NCBI GenBank assembly: GCA_038087875.1
Contig: CM075991.1
Span: forward strand, 7,256,001-7,320,000
DNA: 64,000 nucleotides
Direction: 5' to 3'
Source: Malacoraja senta
Lineage: Eukaryota
This document shows, in pieces, positions 1 to 12,225 of the stretch. The first letter of the stretch is position 1. Each line of letters opens with the position of its first letter. A program made the translations under genes and the position numbers. The notes under the pieces are model-generated. The model worked only from the letters and a program-made list of their open reading frames with translations, did not search any database and was not told where the DNA came from.

Positions 1-329
1 GATACGCTACAGGCTCAATCAAAGATTTTAGAGATAGATTTGAAATATGAAATGGAATGGTGCAGTGGTAAACAAAGACGCAGGTTTATGGCACTCTTAG
101 TGACTTTAGAACATATCAAAGTGCTTCAGGGGCAGAACATATCAAGGGTCTATTGTTGAGCCCACTCGAGCATTCAGTTCAATCAAGGCTGATCAGTACG
201 TTAACTTGCCGTTATGCCAGACACATTGACACTTACTAAATAAGGAGCGAGTTATCACAATCGTGAAAGTTCCAGAGTTGTTTCCATTATCAACAGTCTT
301 TTGAGGTAGTCAAAGAGACTTTAATATTA

Positions 330-530
330 TGGCGGCAGAGTGGCACACATGCTGGAGACCCAGGTTCGACCCTGGCCTCGGGTACCGTCTGCATGGAGTT
401 TGCACGTTCTCGCTGTGACTGCATTGGCTTCTTACTGGTGCTCTGATTTTCACTCATATCTCAAAAGCGTGAGGGTGTGTAGGTTAGTTGGCCTCTGCAA
501 ATTGCCCCCAGTGTGTAGGGAGTGGATGAG
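330..530 (+). mobile_element. tRNA-derived V-SINE (HE1-like), partial
   Basis: B-box-like GGTTCGACCC followed by the V-domain-like GTCTGCATGGAGTTTGCACGTTCTC; many paralogous copies in the window. Confidence 0.75.
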
Positions 531-621
531 AATATTCTCAAACTAAATATTTATTAGCCAACTGAGTACTGCCCGTTAACGAACAATTATGATGTCATTT
601 AATTTTGAGGTAAGAGAGTTA

Positions 622-930
622 AGGCCCTGTCCCACTTTCCCGAGTTACTCACGAATTCTCCCGAGTTTTCCCCTTGATTCAAAGTTGGAGAATGTCCGTA
701 GCGAGTCCGTAGCGAGTCCGTAGGAGTCCGTAGATATTTCGTAGCGGCTCGTAATGCCAGCCGTAGGTACTCGGGGCATCAGGTAAGACGGGACGTTTTT
801 TCAGCATGTTGAAAAATGTCCACGAGTAAAAAAAATAGCCCCGAGTACCCACGGCTGGCATCTCCGAGTTTGAATCAAGGGGAAAACCCGGGAGAATTCG
901 TGAGTAACTCGGGAAAGTGGGACAGGGCCT
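622..930. mobile_element. PIF/Harbinger-type MITE
   Basis: Long TIR AGGCCCTGTCCCACTTTCCCGAGTTACTCACGAATTCTCCCG... mirrored at the right end; TTA at 619-621 and 931-933; no ORF. Confidence 0.9.
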
Positions 931-1672
931 TTACTGGTCATCGGAAACGTTAGGGCAGATGGTGTAGAGACAGGGAGAAGTGAGGTTTTGGAAGTAAAAT
1001 GTTTGGTGATAAATTTCTATTTATATCTCACCCTTGATTGAGAGTTTAATGCTAATTGTATCCTCTCCCTGGCCCTGACTTTGAGTATTTAGCAGTATAG
1101 TGAGAATAAGATTGGTGAGCTGACACCTGATTGTTCTGTTGTATATAACTCTGTGGAAATTAACTGCCTTTCAGTGGATGTAATATCTGTTAGTTCGAAA
1201 AGCTTTTGTTAAAATCATTGGTGCATAAATTGGGTGGGAACAGATTAATGAATGTTTTAATTTGACGATCCCTCGTGTGTTGACGAAGCTGCTACATATT
1301 TCCGCTACCAAAAGATTTTGATAAATTGCATCCAGTAACTTTTTATGTTGCTTGAAGTGATGAAAGCTGCGGCAAGTAATTTATAGACTTATAATGTTAC
1401 AGCGTTACATGAGCTGATATTAAATATTTCACTCTGTCACCTGGAATTAAATATGTAGAAATGTTACAGACTGAAACAATGAACAAAATGATTCTGGCAG
1501 TTGAAAAATGACACTCTTCACAAGATGTTCTTTCTAAAATAAATCTTCATGAGAGGATCAAAATTTGAGGTCAGCCCTGAGTAATCTGCCAAGTTTCAAT
1601 GAATGGCAAGACTAACTATTTTCACAAAAATGCTTGAAACTTAATTACTTTTCTCCCCAGAGTAAAGCGTAG

Positions 1673-1980
1673 CATCAATGGCAAGGAAGGCGTATGGTAT
1701 ACGCCTTCATCGATCAAGGCATTGAATATAGTAGTCAGGAACTCATGTTGCGGCTTCATACAACTTTGGTTTGGTTGCACATGCTGTTCTGGTGGCCCCA
1801 TTAAAGGAAGGATCTGAAAGCATTGGAGAAGGCGCAGAAGAGGTTTACCAGAATGTGGCCTGGATTAGAGGGTTTTAGCTATGAAGAGAGGTTGGACAAA
1901 CTTGGACTGTTTTCTCTGGAGTGTCGGTGAACTGAGGGGAGACTAGATAGAAGTATATCAAATTATGAGAGGCCGAGATA
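1673..1980 (+). mobile_element. CR1 LINE ORF2 3' fragment (part 1; continues 5060-5257 and 6103-6250)
   Basis: Degenerate ..LEKAQKRFTRM.PGL..FSYEERLDKLGLFSLE.. reading, homologous to the CR1 at 39384-39950; resumes collinearly at 5060. Confidence 0.8.
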
Positions 1981-2339
1981 AACCCCTGTCTCACGGTGCG
2001 AGCTGACCCACGAGGTACCCCGAGTTTAAAACAAATTTACGTACAATTAACGTAGCGGGAACGTCAGAACTCGTGGACGCAACTTAGCGACTCGTGGCGC
2101 TAACGGCAGGTACCCGTGAAACTTGTTAACTCTTGAAAAAGGTCAAACATGTTTAAACTTTTCCACGAGTAAAATGTACTCTTGTGGTTAAAAATTGAAA
2201 CATTTAAACTCGTTGTAAGAACGTAGTGGCCCGTGCGTTTACCTTAGTGACTCGTGAGTCTACCGTGGGAACTCTTTAACTCAGCGGGCAGGCAGCATCT
2301 CTGGAGAGAAGGAATGGGTGATGGGATGACATTTCCAAA

Positions 2340-3240
2340 TTGTGGGGGGTTGGAGCAGGGAGGAGGGGGGGGGGGGGTGGAGGAGAGAGGGTGGAGAGTG
2401 GAGGGAGAGGAGGGGGAGACAGATGGGGGTGTCTTCATTCACTAGCGGTGGGTGCCGGTCACTGAAACAGGCAGGTGAGATTTCACATCCACCTTGTGTG
2501 TGTGTGTCTCTCTCTCTCCCTCCCTCCCACTCACACAGGCTGAGAGACTGCCTCTGTGAGTACGTCTCTTTCTCCCCCTCTCCCACACACAGTAAGACCG
2601 AGGTAAGTCCATCTGTGTAAGTCCATCTGTGTCTCCCACATACACAGTAAAACTCTGCTTTGTGTGTATATACGTCTCCCCCCATTTCTCTCTCCCCCCC
2701 CACCTCTCTCTTTCTCCCCCCCCCCACCTCTCTCTTTCTCCCCCCACACACAATAAGATGTATTCTGCTTAGTCTCTCTTCCCTCCCACACACACAGATA
2801 GACCGAGGTCCAGTGCGCTCTTTCTCTCTCCCCCACAGTCACGCCGAAGTACACCACACTGCCTCTGTATCTCTCTCTCTCTCTCTGTCTCTCTCCCCCT
2901 CCTTCATACACCGTCAGAGGTCCACACTGTCTCTGTGTCTCTCTCTCCCCTACACACACACACACAGACTGAGGTACACACTGCCCGTTGTGTGTGTGTG
3001 TCTGCCTCTGTCTGTCTCTCCCACACACACAGTTAAAGGTACTCCACGCTGCCTGTGTGTGTGTGTGTGTCTCTCTCTCTCTCTCTGTCCCACCCCCCAC
3101 ACCCACACACACACCCCCCACACCCACTCAGTCACAGGAACTCCACACTGTGTGTGTGTGTGTGTGTGTGTGTGTGCCTCTGTCTCTCCCTATCATAGTC
3201 AGCGAGGTACTCCCCCCGCAGTCTCTCCGCGGCCTCTCCC
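2340..3240. repeat. Compound (CT)n/(CA)n/(GT)n low-complexity array
   Basis: Alternating microsatellite blocks with recurrent GAGGT(A/C)C and CACACAG motifs; source of several spurious ORFs. Confidence 0.85.
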
Positions 3241-4726
3241 CGGGCAGGGTGCATCTGCCTCCCTCAGCTCTGATATGGTAAATAATGATAAGATTACCGC
3301 TGAAATGTTGTTAAAGGCAGCAAGTTTCACTGCACAAGTAAAGGGTCAGCTGTCCTCGCCAGAACTAATAAACAGTTATTTTGCAAGTTTAAGGGATTTA
3401 ATAGTTAGTATCAGAACACAGTATTTTACTATATGTCTCAAAATGAGAAAAAAAATCTTATAGGATATATTATTTTACAAAGACCAGGTCTCCCACCATT
3501 GACTCCCTTTACACTCCACGCTGCCTCAAAACCTATATAATCAAAGACTTGTCCCATTTCTTCTTCTCCTTGCTCCCGTCCGGCGGGCAGTACAGAAGTT
3601 TGAAAGCGCCAGCCTCGGGAACAGCTTCTTCCCCTCTATTATCAGGTTTCTTTAAGGTCTTTCTATAACCGAAGGTAATGTCCGATTCACCTCTGCCTCA
3701 TTACGGCCATTTGGACTCTCTGTGCAACTGGTGCGGTGCAATGCTGAGAACTGTATTCTGCACTCTGTATACTGCACTTCGATTCCTACTTGAGTTTGAC
3801 CATTATAATTAAGTATAATATTATTTGATCTCATAGAGTCAGTCATACACCACGGAAACAGCTTATTTGGTCCAATTTCTCCATGCCGAACATGGTGCCC
3901 CACATTCCAGCGTATGACCCATATCCTTCCAAACAGATTTAAAAACACAACAGTGCCTTCAGTGGATTTGTTTCTAAATTTAAAAAAAAATTATTCATAA
4001 AAAGATGTACAGGATACGCAATACACCAATGCCATGTGTAATTTCAAAAATAATCTTTCTCCTGAATAAAATATGTATGAAACGAAAACCGTGCAAAATC
4101 TTTTCATAGATTCTCAGTGGTTAATGCCTTCGGTATTTTTCTAAAATAAACTTTACTCAGAATAAGAAATGTGCACAAAACAAAAACAGTGCAATGCATT
4201 ATCAGTGTCTATACATTCAATAGTGTCAGGACTGTTTCCATCTATATTTAAACAAAAGTCTCTTGTTGCTATGTGCCCCTTGGGGTGATATCCCTACCCT
4301 TGTCTGACGGGTGTCCCCATTTCAATATCCGGCAGCAGAAGGGCCATAGACTGTGGTCCAAATGAACTGCACGTAAATTCAATGCAGATACAAATATTCT
4401 GCGTCTGTGTCTGCCATTTCCGTCTTTATGGCTTTCATGTCACGATTGCCAGTTCAATGAGTAATTCGGCTTAATTCAGATTTTATATGCGGAGGCGAAT
4501 AGTTTAATTATAAAGTGTAAATTCTATTAAATATGTTACAGGGAAAAACGTCCAGCAATGAAAAGACAGCCCTGTATTTAAATAGCGCCCATCACAAACT
4601 CAGGAGGTTCCAACGTCTATTACAGTAAAGGAAGTACAGGGAACGTACTTGGATAAACATAATGTTGAGCATGAATATTGTTTTGTTTAAAAATGGTGGT
4701 AACAAGGCTTGTAATTATGCAAAGGC

Positions 4727-4817
4727 AGACAAAAAATGCTGGAGAAACTCAGCGGGTGAGGCAGCACCTACGGAGAGAAGAGATATGCGACGTTTCGGGT
4801 CGAAACCCTTCTTCAGT
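4727..4817 (-). mobile_element. Penelope-like pLTR fragment with intact hammerhead core (4789-4816)
   Basis: Minus strand reads CTGAAGA A GGGT TTCG ACCC GAAA CGTC. Confidence 0.75.
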
Positions 4818-5257
4818 CACTGTCGCTTATTAAAACAGACCTTCATTCACGTTTGGCTCAAGAGTAACTCGGGAGAGGAACTTGATAACTCGGGAGACGA
4901 ACTTGGAACATCGCAGAAATGACAGTTAACGGCAAACTTGAGTCATACCCGTGGGAACTCGGTTAAACTCTTGATCATACACTTGGAATCTCGTGCACAA
5001 CCACGAGTCTTTCGCTCGGGGTACCTCGTGGGTCAGCTCGCACAGTGTGACAGGGCTCATAGGGTGGATTTTCAGAACCTTTGTTCCAAGGGTGGAAATG
5101 TTGATGACAAGAGGGCACAGTACTAAGGTGAGTGGGTGAAAGTTTAAAAGAGATGTGCAGGGCAGGTTTTTTTTTTACACAGACCATGGTACGTGCCTGG
5201 AACCTGCTGCCAGGAGTGGCAGTGGATGCTGATGCAATAGTAGCGTTTAAGATGCTT

Positions 5258-6102
5258 CCGGAAGTGGCGGCGCTGTCGTACAGCAGCGACTCGCCTGCAG
5301 TCCGTCTGTTTTTACTTTTTATGTTGTTTTCTTTTGTCCTGTTTTAGTTAAATTTTAGTTTATTGGGTTGTGTATGTGTGGGGTGGGGGGGTGAAACATG
5401 ACTTTTGTCTCTTCCTTCGGGGGAATGCGACTTTTTCTTGTCGTATCCCCCTTCTCTGCCTCCGTCTGCGCTGAGGCCTAATGGCGGAGCTGCCGGCCTC
5501 CAACTCCAACCGACCGACCGACCGACCTCGAAGCTCCGGAGGCAGAGCCAGGACTTACCAGCGCGAGGCTGGCCTGCTTCGGGGCTGCGGTGGCATTCCG
5601 GCGGTGGCGACCAAAGACACTGGTGGCGACCTGAATCCGGAGGCTCGGCCGCGGGCCCAGTGGACGACATCTTCGGGAGCGCGCAGGTCACAGGTTGGTG
5701 ACCTGTTTTTCTGGGGCTCCCGCAACTACAGATGCGTCCGCTGGACTGGAGGGCGGCAGCTTCGGCAGCTTCGACCACCCCGGGCCGCGGAGTTTGAGCC
5801 GGCCCGTCGCGGAGCACGGATTCAGCCGCGGGATTGCCTTACTTACCATCACCCGGTGGGGTCACAACATCAGAAGCCTGGATCACCTCAGCGCAGAGGG
5901 AGAACAAGGAGGGAAGAGACAGAGACTTTAAGACTTTTGCCTCCATCACAGTGAGGAGGTGCCTGGTGAACTCACTGTGGTGGATGTTAATTTGTGTTTA
6001 TTGTGTGTTTTGTTATTTATTATTATATGTATGACTGCAGGCAACGAAATTTCGTTCAGACCGAAAGGTCTGAATGACAAATAAAGGAATCTCTAATCTC
6101 TC
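5258..6102 (+). mobile_element. GC-rich non-coding retroelement (LINE-derived non-autonomous)
   Basis: Splits a CR1 (..TTTAAGATGCTT | TAGATAGGC..); ends in hairpin TTCAGACC-GAAA-GGTCTGAA (6055-6074), AATAAA and a short repeat tail. Confidence 0.65.
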
Positions 6103-6564
6103 TAGATAGGCGCATCACTATGCAGGGAATGGAGGAATATGGACCACGTACAGGCAGAAGAGATCGGGTTAGATTGGCATTATGTTTGGTGTGGACATTG
6201 TTGGGCAAAGGCCAGTTTTTGAGCTGCACTATCTTGTGTCCAATGTTCTATGTTCCATTAACAGTGGTGTTGGGATTGATTAGAACGTTCTTCTGTCAGG
6301 CATGATGTGTTTAGTTTAGTTTAGTTTAGAGATACAGCGCAGAAACAGGCTCTTTGGCCCACCAACGATCCTCACACATTAACACTACCCTATGCACACA
6401 CTTGGGACAATTTTTACACATACACCAAGCCAATTAACCTACATACCTGCCCGTCTTTGGAGTGTGGAAGGAAACCGAAGATCTCAGAGAAACGTACAAA
6501 CTCCGTACAGGCAGCACCCGTAGGCGGGATCAAAGCCGGGTCTCCGGCACTGCAAGCGCTGTAA

Positions 6565-7257
6565 AGGGCCTGTCCCACTTACATGTCCTTGGCACGCAAA
6601 TTACGCGACCCCGTGGTCGCGTTGAGGCACACGGGCATCGTATGGCGAGCCGGGCCGGTCCCACTTAGAAGCGCGGGTGGGGTATGTTGTGCGCGACATC
6701 GCGCGGGGCTCCGAAATTTTTGTAGTGAACAAAATCTTCGCGCGCCACCGGCCTGTCGCGTAACTGACGGTCAAAGTGGGACAGGTCCAAGACCCCGGCG
6801 CGACGCAACGTCTCACCTTCAACAGCAGCAGAAGCAGGCAAACGATCGCCGAGCTCGGCCTGGGGCTCACGGCCGTTGCTGTCCGGATCCGCCCCCACTT
6901 CTACTCCCAGAGCGGGGCCAAGAAAATTGAAGATAGACACAAAATGCAGGAGTAACTCAGCGGGACCGGCAGCATCTCTGGAGAGAAGCAATGGGTGACG
7001 TTTCGGGTCAAAGACCCTTCTTTTCAGACTGAAGAAGAGTCTCGACATGAAACGTCACCCATTGCTTCTCTCCAGAGATGCCGCTGGTCCCGCTGAGTTA
7101 CTCCAGCTTTGTGTCCATCTTCAAATGACATCACGCGCTCCAGATGGCTTTGCGTACGCATGGAATCGCGCCCGATCTTCGCTGGACCGTCGAGGCTCAA
7201 CGCGACCACAAGGTCGCGTAATTTGCATGCCAAGGACACGTAAGTGGGACAGGCCCT
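6565..7257. mobile_element. PIF/Harbinger-type MITE
   Basis: TIR AGGGCCTGTCCCACTTAC.. / ..GTAAGTGGGACAGGCCCT; perfect TAA TSD at 6562-6564 and 7258-7260. Confidence 0.92.
6926..7124. mobile_element. Inverted pair of Penelope-like pLTR/hammerhead repeats
   Basis: ~95-bp arm and its reverse complement centred on ..TTCAGACTGAAGA.. Confidence 0.75.
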
Positions 7258-7779
7258 TAAGGCAGCAACTCTAGTGTTACGCCACCGTGCCGCCCTGTTC
7301 TCAATAATATGGACAGCATTGCCTGGTATACTAATCCTTGAATGTGAACTAATTCCAGACATGTCTCAATGGAGTGTTTCTTTATATTTGATAATAACCC
7401 TTCTTTGCTTAAGAATGCTGCTGCAGTCTCTTTCCCCAACACAATTTCTTCACTCGATGCATTATTCTCTGAAGTTGACTGCGTTATCAAGCCATGCGTT
7501 ACCTGACAGCAAACATGTTTTGAGTTAAGGTCTCGTTTCAGTTTAAATGAGCACCATCAGGCCGGGTGCTTCTCAATATTTTATTCATTGCAAACAGAAA
7601 TAAGATTAATATTGGAATAGACAACAAACTACTTACACCCTTGAGATTATCATGGTGAATCCTTTGAATTTCTATTGAACTATTGACATGCACCGTGTAG
7701 CAATACTTGGAGCACACACATGTGGTGTTACGTGGTGTTCAGCAGAGCGCCTGTTCATTTCTGTGATGCAGCAATGTTT

Positions 7780-8058
7780 CGTTTAGTTTAGAGATATAGC
7801 AGGGAAACAGGCCCACCGAGCCCACATCGACCAGCGATCCGCGCGCATTGACACTATTCTAGGGACAATATACATTTAGACCAAGCCAATTAACCTACAA
7901 ACTCGTACATCTTTGGAGTGTAGGGGGAAACCGAAGATCTCGGACAAAACCCACGCTGTTACGGGGAGACTGTACAAACTCCGTACAGACAGCACCTGTA
8001 GTCGAGATTGAACCTGGGTCTCTGGCGCTGTAAGACAGCGACTCTAACGCTGTGCCAA
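7780..8058 (-). mobile_element. V-SINE (HE1-like)
   Basis: Same consensus as 6310-7295. Confidence 0.8.
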
Positions 8059-8149
8059 AGCAAGCATTTTAATGCACATCTCTGCCCTTGAGAACGTGAT
8101 AGAGAATCCTCCTCTCGAACAACTGTGTTCCATTTGGTAAATGTAAACG

Positions 8150-8445
8150 TTGGACTTTAGAGGTACAGCGTGGAAACAGGCCCTTCGGCCCACCAACTCA
8201 GGCACCGACCAGCAATTACCCCGTACACTAGCACTATCTTACACACCAGGGGACAGTTTACAATTTTACATAAGCCAATTAACCTAAGAACCCGTACGTC
8301 TTTGTAGTGTGGGAGGAAACTGGAGCACCCTTAAAAAAACTCACAGGGAGATCATGCGAACTCCACACAGACAGCACCTGAAGTCAGGAACGAACCTGGG
8401 TCTCTGACGCTGTGAGGCAGCAGCTCTAAGCCACCGTGTCATCCC
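8150..8445 (-). mobile_element. V-SINE (HE1-like)
   Basis: Same consensus; (GACTTTA)-type tail. Confidence 0.78.
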
Positions 8446-8752
8446 CATACATTTTCAGCAAATGCAGACAATTCTGTGGAGTGTATGCCAGATACTCTTT
8501 AAAATCTACAAAGGAGATTGACTGTTCAGTGAAGTTGGGGGGGGGGGGGGGAAGAATCTCTTTATATAAAAACCTATTTAAGCGTGAAAGGCCTGACCAT
8601 GAAAATCATTAGATTCTATCTTAGAGAATAATCTCCCTAATATGAATATTCTGAATGAGAGAAAGAAATATATTTATTTTGTGGCAATATTTAAGTTGAG
8701 CAATCAACTTTAGTTTTATTTCAATGTCTCTGCTTCATCAGAGATTTGAACT

Positions 8753-10242
8753 ATGTAACTAAGATATACACATCATTATTTAAAGCAAACTTTCCCCCAC
8801 TACTGAATAAACTACATAAGAATATTCAATACTGGAAAACACTCCCTATTTCAATGATTGGCAAAATTAATGCCATAAAAATGATTTTTTTACCGCAAAT
8901 ATTATACCTTTTTCAGACAATTCCGATATATTTGTCAAAAGACTTTTTTTTTAAATTGGACTCTATTGTTAATGATTTTATCTGGGATTATAAGAACCAT
9001 AGGATAAACAAAAGACATTTGTGTAAATCAAAAATAAATGGAGGTTTGGTTTTACCCAACTTTCTGTTTTATTTTTGGGCAGTTAATATTAAAAATATGA
9101 ATTTCTGGTTGGAAGAAATAGAACAACAACCAGATTGGTTAAAAATGGAAAAGGAAGACTGTTTGCCTTTTGATATCGGGTCGATATTATTTGCTACTTC
9201 TCAATTAAACAAAAAAATTTATAGGGAAAACCCTATAATATTTAGTACCATACGAATTTGGAAACAATTAAAAAAGACATTAAAATTAGACAATTTATCA
9301 CTATTTCTCCCGATTGTGAATAACCCTTTGTTTAAACCCTCATGGTTGGACAGGGGTTTTACACAATGGAAGAATTATGGAATTAAAAATATGGGACAAC
9401 TTTATAAGGAAGGCACTTTTCTGACATTTCAGGAGTTGCAACAGACTTACGGACTTCGAGGAAATGATTATTTCAGATATCTTCAACTCAGAGATTATGT
9501 AAAATCGAATACTCAAAACTTTCGAATTAGAAATTCAGAAATTCTTGACGAATGTTGGAATAAACATCCTAATACAGAAAAATTAATATCTTATATATAT
9601 AATATCTTATTAGACAGTGACATTCCATCGACGGACTTACACAGACAAACATGGGAAATAGAATTAAATGAAATAATAACGAAAGATACTTGGGAAGAAA
9701 GTTTACAACAGATACATCAATGTTCATTAAATGTCAGACATTCTTTAATACAATTTAAAGTAATACATAGATTACATTATTCAAAAACAAAATTACATAA
9801 AATCTTTCAACATATCTCACCTATATGTGATAAATGCCAACATTTAGAAGCTACCTTATCTCATATGTTTGCAAACTGTACAAAAATTAAAAAATTCTGG
9901 GTAAATATTTTTAGTATAATATCTAAAGTGACCAGCACACAAGTGGACCCGGATTCAAAATTTATAATACTCGGAACATCAGAATTAAATCAAACATTTA
10001 CAACAACACAAAGAAACTTTATTGATTATAGTATAATAACAGGAAAAAAATTAATTCTAAAATTTTGGAAAGGCCCTACGGCCCCCACAATCAAAATGTG
10101 GATTATAGAAATGACGGAGACCTTAAACGTGGAAAGAATCAGATTTTCCCTGTTGGATAAACAGGAAGTATTCGTTGGAACATGGTCTCCCTTTATTGAT
10201 TATTTAAAGGGTCAGAATGGTTCAGCACGGGAACCTGACTAA
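8753..10242 (+). pseudogene. C-terminal ~496 codons of L1 ORF2 (post-RT region and CCHC zinc knuckle); no start, no EN or catalytic RT core
   Basis: W..LPISMIGKINAIKM..LP.ILYLFQ.IP, GGL.LPNF, CDKCQHLEATLSHMFANC (C-x2-C-x8-H-x4-C); no internal stops. Confidence 0.9.
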
Positions 10243-10630
10243 TGCTCGGGCTAAAAAATGGATGAAATGCTATATTCTGAAATGTACGAATATATCTCGA
10301 ATGAAGTTTTTTATTCTAATAAATTTTTCCAATCTTCTTTAACTATCTTTCTCTTTTGTTTTGTTTTTTTGTTTTGTGTTTCTTGTTTTTTGTTAAAATT
10401 TTTTAAATATATATATATTTTTTTCTCTTTTTCTTCTCTTTCTTTTCTTTCTTTACTTCATCTATCTTTTTAGTTCTATCTAGTTTAAAATAAAAAAAAA
10501 TAAAAAGGTAAAAGGTATTGGAGACAATGTAATAATAATTGATAATATTATCAATTTAAAAATATAAGACTGTAATGATGTTAATAGGTTATGTACTTAT
10601 CTCCAATAAAAATATTTTCAAAAAAAAAAA
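8753..10630 (+). mobile_element. 5'-truncated L1-clade LINE insertion
   Basis: 11-bp TSD AGATTTGAACT (8742-8752; 10631-10641), AATAAA at 10605-10610, poly(A) 10620-10630, T-rich 3'UTR. Confidence 0.92.
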
Positions 10631-11083
10631 AGATTTGAACTGGCTCTGGATATCTTTCCCTTAAAAATATAATCATCTGCTTTCAACAGCACCTGGCCAT
10701 TCTGTGCAAGTGGATGGTGGCTTTAATTTTGCAGCCTTTTCCTGAAACATTCCGATCTACCGACAGCTTCCAGAACTTTCCGTTTGGGTGCTTGGGCATT
10801 CCAGGCACGTATTGTTATCAGTTAATTAGTCTGGGTCATCTTGATCGTTAACCTGGATATTCTGAGCACGTTGATTTTTCTTCACTCTCTAGTCTGCCAC
10901 CTGGACATAATGAGCCTGGACGGTTTCTGGAATTTTCCATCGGACCATTGGGGCCATTCTGAGCACGTGCAGTAAGAGTGTTCTCTCAGCAAACAACATG
11001 GTTGCCAAGGATCAAACAGAAGTCCTGCAACACTGAAGGACTTTGAACAAAGAACTGGAGGCTGAGTTGGGTGGGAGATTGCA

Positions 11084-11283
11084 NNNNNNNNNNNNNNNNN
11101 NNNNNNNNNNNNNNNNNNNNNNNNNNNNNNNNNNNNNNNNNNNNNNNNNNNNNNNNNNNNNNNNNNNNNNNNNNNNNNNNNNNNNNNNNNNNNNNNNNNN
11201 NNNNNNNNNNNNNNNNNNNNNNNNNNNNNNNNNNNNNNNNNNNNNNNNNNNNNNNNNNNNNNNNNNNNNNNNNNNNNNNNNNN
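11084..11283. other. Assembly gap (200 N)
   Basis: Run of N. Confidence 1.
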
Positions 11284-11710
11284 GCACAACAGAATATTGT
11301 AGTGTCATATATACAGATCAGATCAGTGTGTCCCATATACCATAGAATATATATATACACACATCAGTAAACAGATAAAGTGCAATAGGTTGTTTTAGTT
11401 CATAGTTTGTTTGAAGTTGTGTTTAATAGTCTGATGGCTGTGGGGAAGAATCTGTTCCTGAATCTGGATGTTGCAGATTTCAGGCTCCTGTACCTTCTAC
11501 CCGATGGCAGCGGAGAGATGAGTGTGTGGCCAGGATGGTGTGGGTCCTTGATGATGCTGGCAGGTCGGAACCGATGATGGACTGGGCAGTGGTTACGTCT
11601 TTTTGCAGCCTTTTCTGCTCCTGGACGCTCAGGTTGACGTACCAAGCCACGATGCAACCAGTCAGCATGCTCTCTACTGTGCACCTGTAGAAGTTCGAGA
11701 GAGTCCTCCT
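11284..11710 (-). mobile_element. Rex1/Babar-type LINE 3' fragment
   Basis: [10 protein letters not shown].., [35 protein letters not shown]; homologous to 48424-49704. Confidence 0.85.
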
Positions 11711-12225
11711 GTAGAAGTACAGAGAAGATTTACGAGGATGTTGCCAGGACTAGTTCTGAGCTATAGGGAGAGGTTGAGTAGACTGGGACTCTATTCCTTG
11801 GAGCGCAGGAAGATGAAGGATGATCTTATAGAGGTGTATAAAATCATGAGAGATATAGATCGGGTAGATGCACAGAGTCCCTTGCCCAGAATAGGTGAAT
11901 TGAGAACCAAGAACATAGGTTTAGAGTGAAGGGGAAAAGATTTAATAGGAATCTGATGGGTAGCTTTTTCACACAAAGGGTGGTGGGTGTATGAAACAAG
12001 CTGCCAGAGGAGATAGTTGAGACTGGGACTATCTCAACGTTTAAGAAACAGTTAGATAGGTACATGGATAACACTGGTTTTGAGGTATATGGACCAAATG
12101 CAGGTCTAGTATAGCTGGGACATGATGTCTGGTTTTGGCAAGTTGGGCTGGGACATGATGTCTGGTTTTGGCAAGTTGGGCTGAAGGGCCTGTTTCCACA
12201 CTGTATCACTCTTTGACGCTATGAC
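11711..12225 (+). mobile_element. CR1 LINE 3' fragment with 33-bp tandem duplication (12114-12179)
   Basis: EVQRRFTRMLPGL..SYRERLSRLGLYSLERR..DLIEVYKIMR; unit GCTGGGACATGATGTCTGGTTTTGGCAAGTTGG x2. Confidence 0.85.

Larger units (their letters stand above)
1982..5057. mobile_element. Harbinger-type MITE arms enclosing ~2.5 kb foreign interior
   Basis: ~42-bp imperfect TIR CCCTGTCTCACGGTGCGAGCTGACCCACGAGGTACCCCGAG at 1982 and its reverse complement ending 5057; TAA at 1979-1981 (right TSD degraded); interrupts a CR1. Confidence 0.8.
6310..7295 (-). mobile_element. V-SINE (HE1-like) interrupted by MITE
   Basis: (GTTTA)n tail at 6310; body continues ..GCGCTGTAA | GGCAGCAACTCT across the insertion. 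Confidence 0.8.

Noticed and set aside
2244..3463. Long ORFs (up to 267 aa)
   Set aside because: Translations of CT/CA/GT microsatellites
5344..5954. Overlapping GC-rich ORFs (also 26992-27515 and 45020-45633)
   Set aside because: Open on several frames from GC bias, no recognisable domain, inside mobile elements
8746..10242. 498-aa ORF as a host gene
   Set aside because: The predicted start lies in the TSD; it is a truncated L1 ORF2
10882..11370. ORFs spanning N run
   Set aside because: Assembly-gap artefacts
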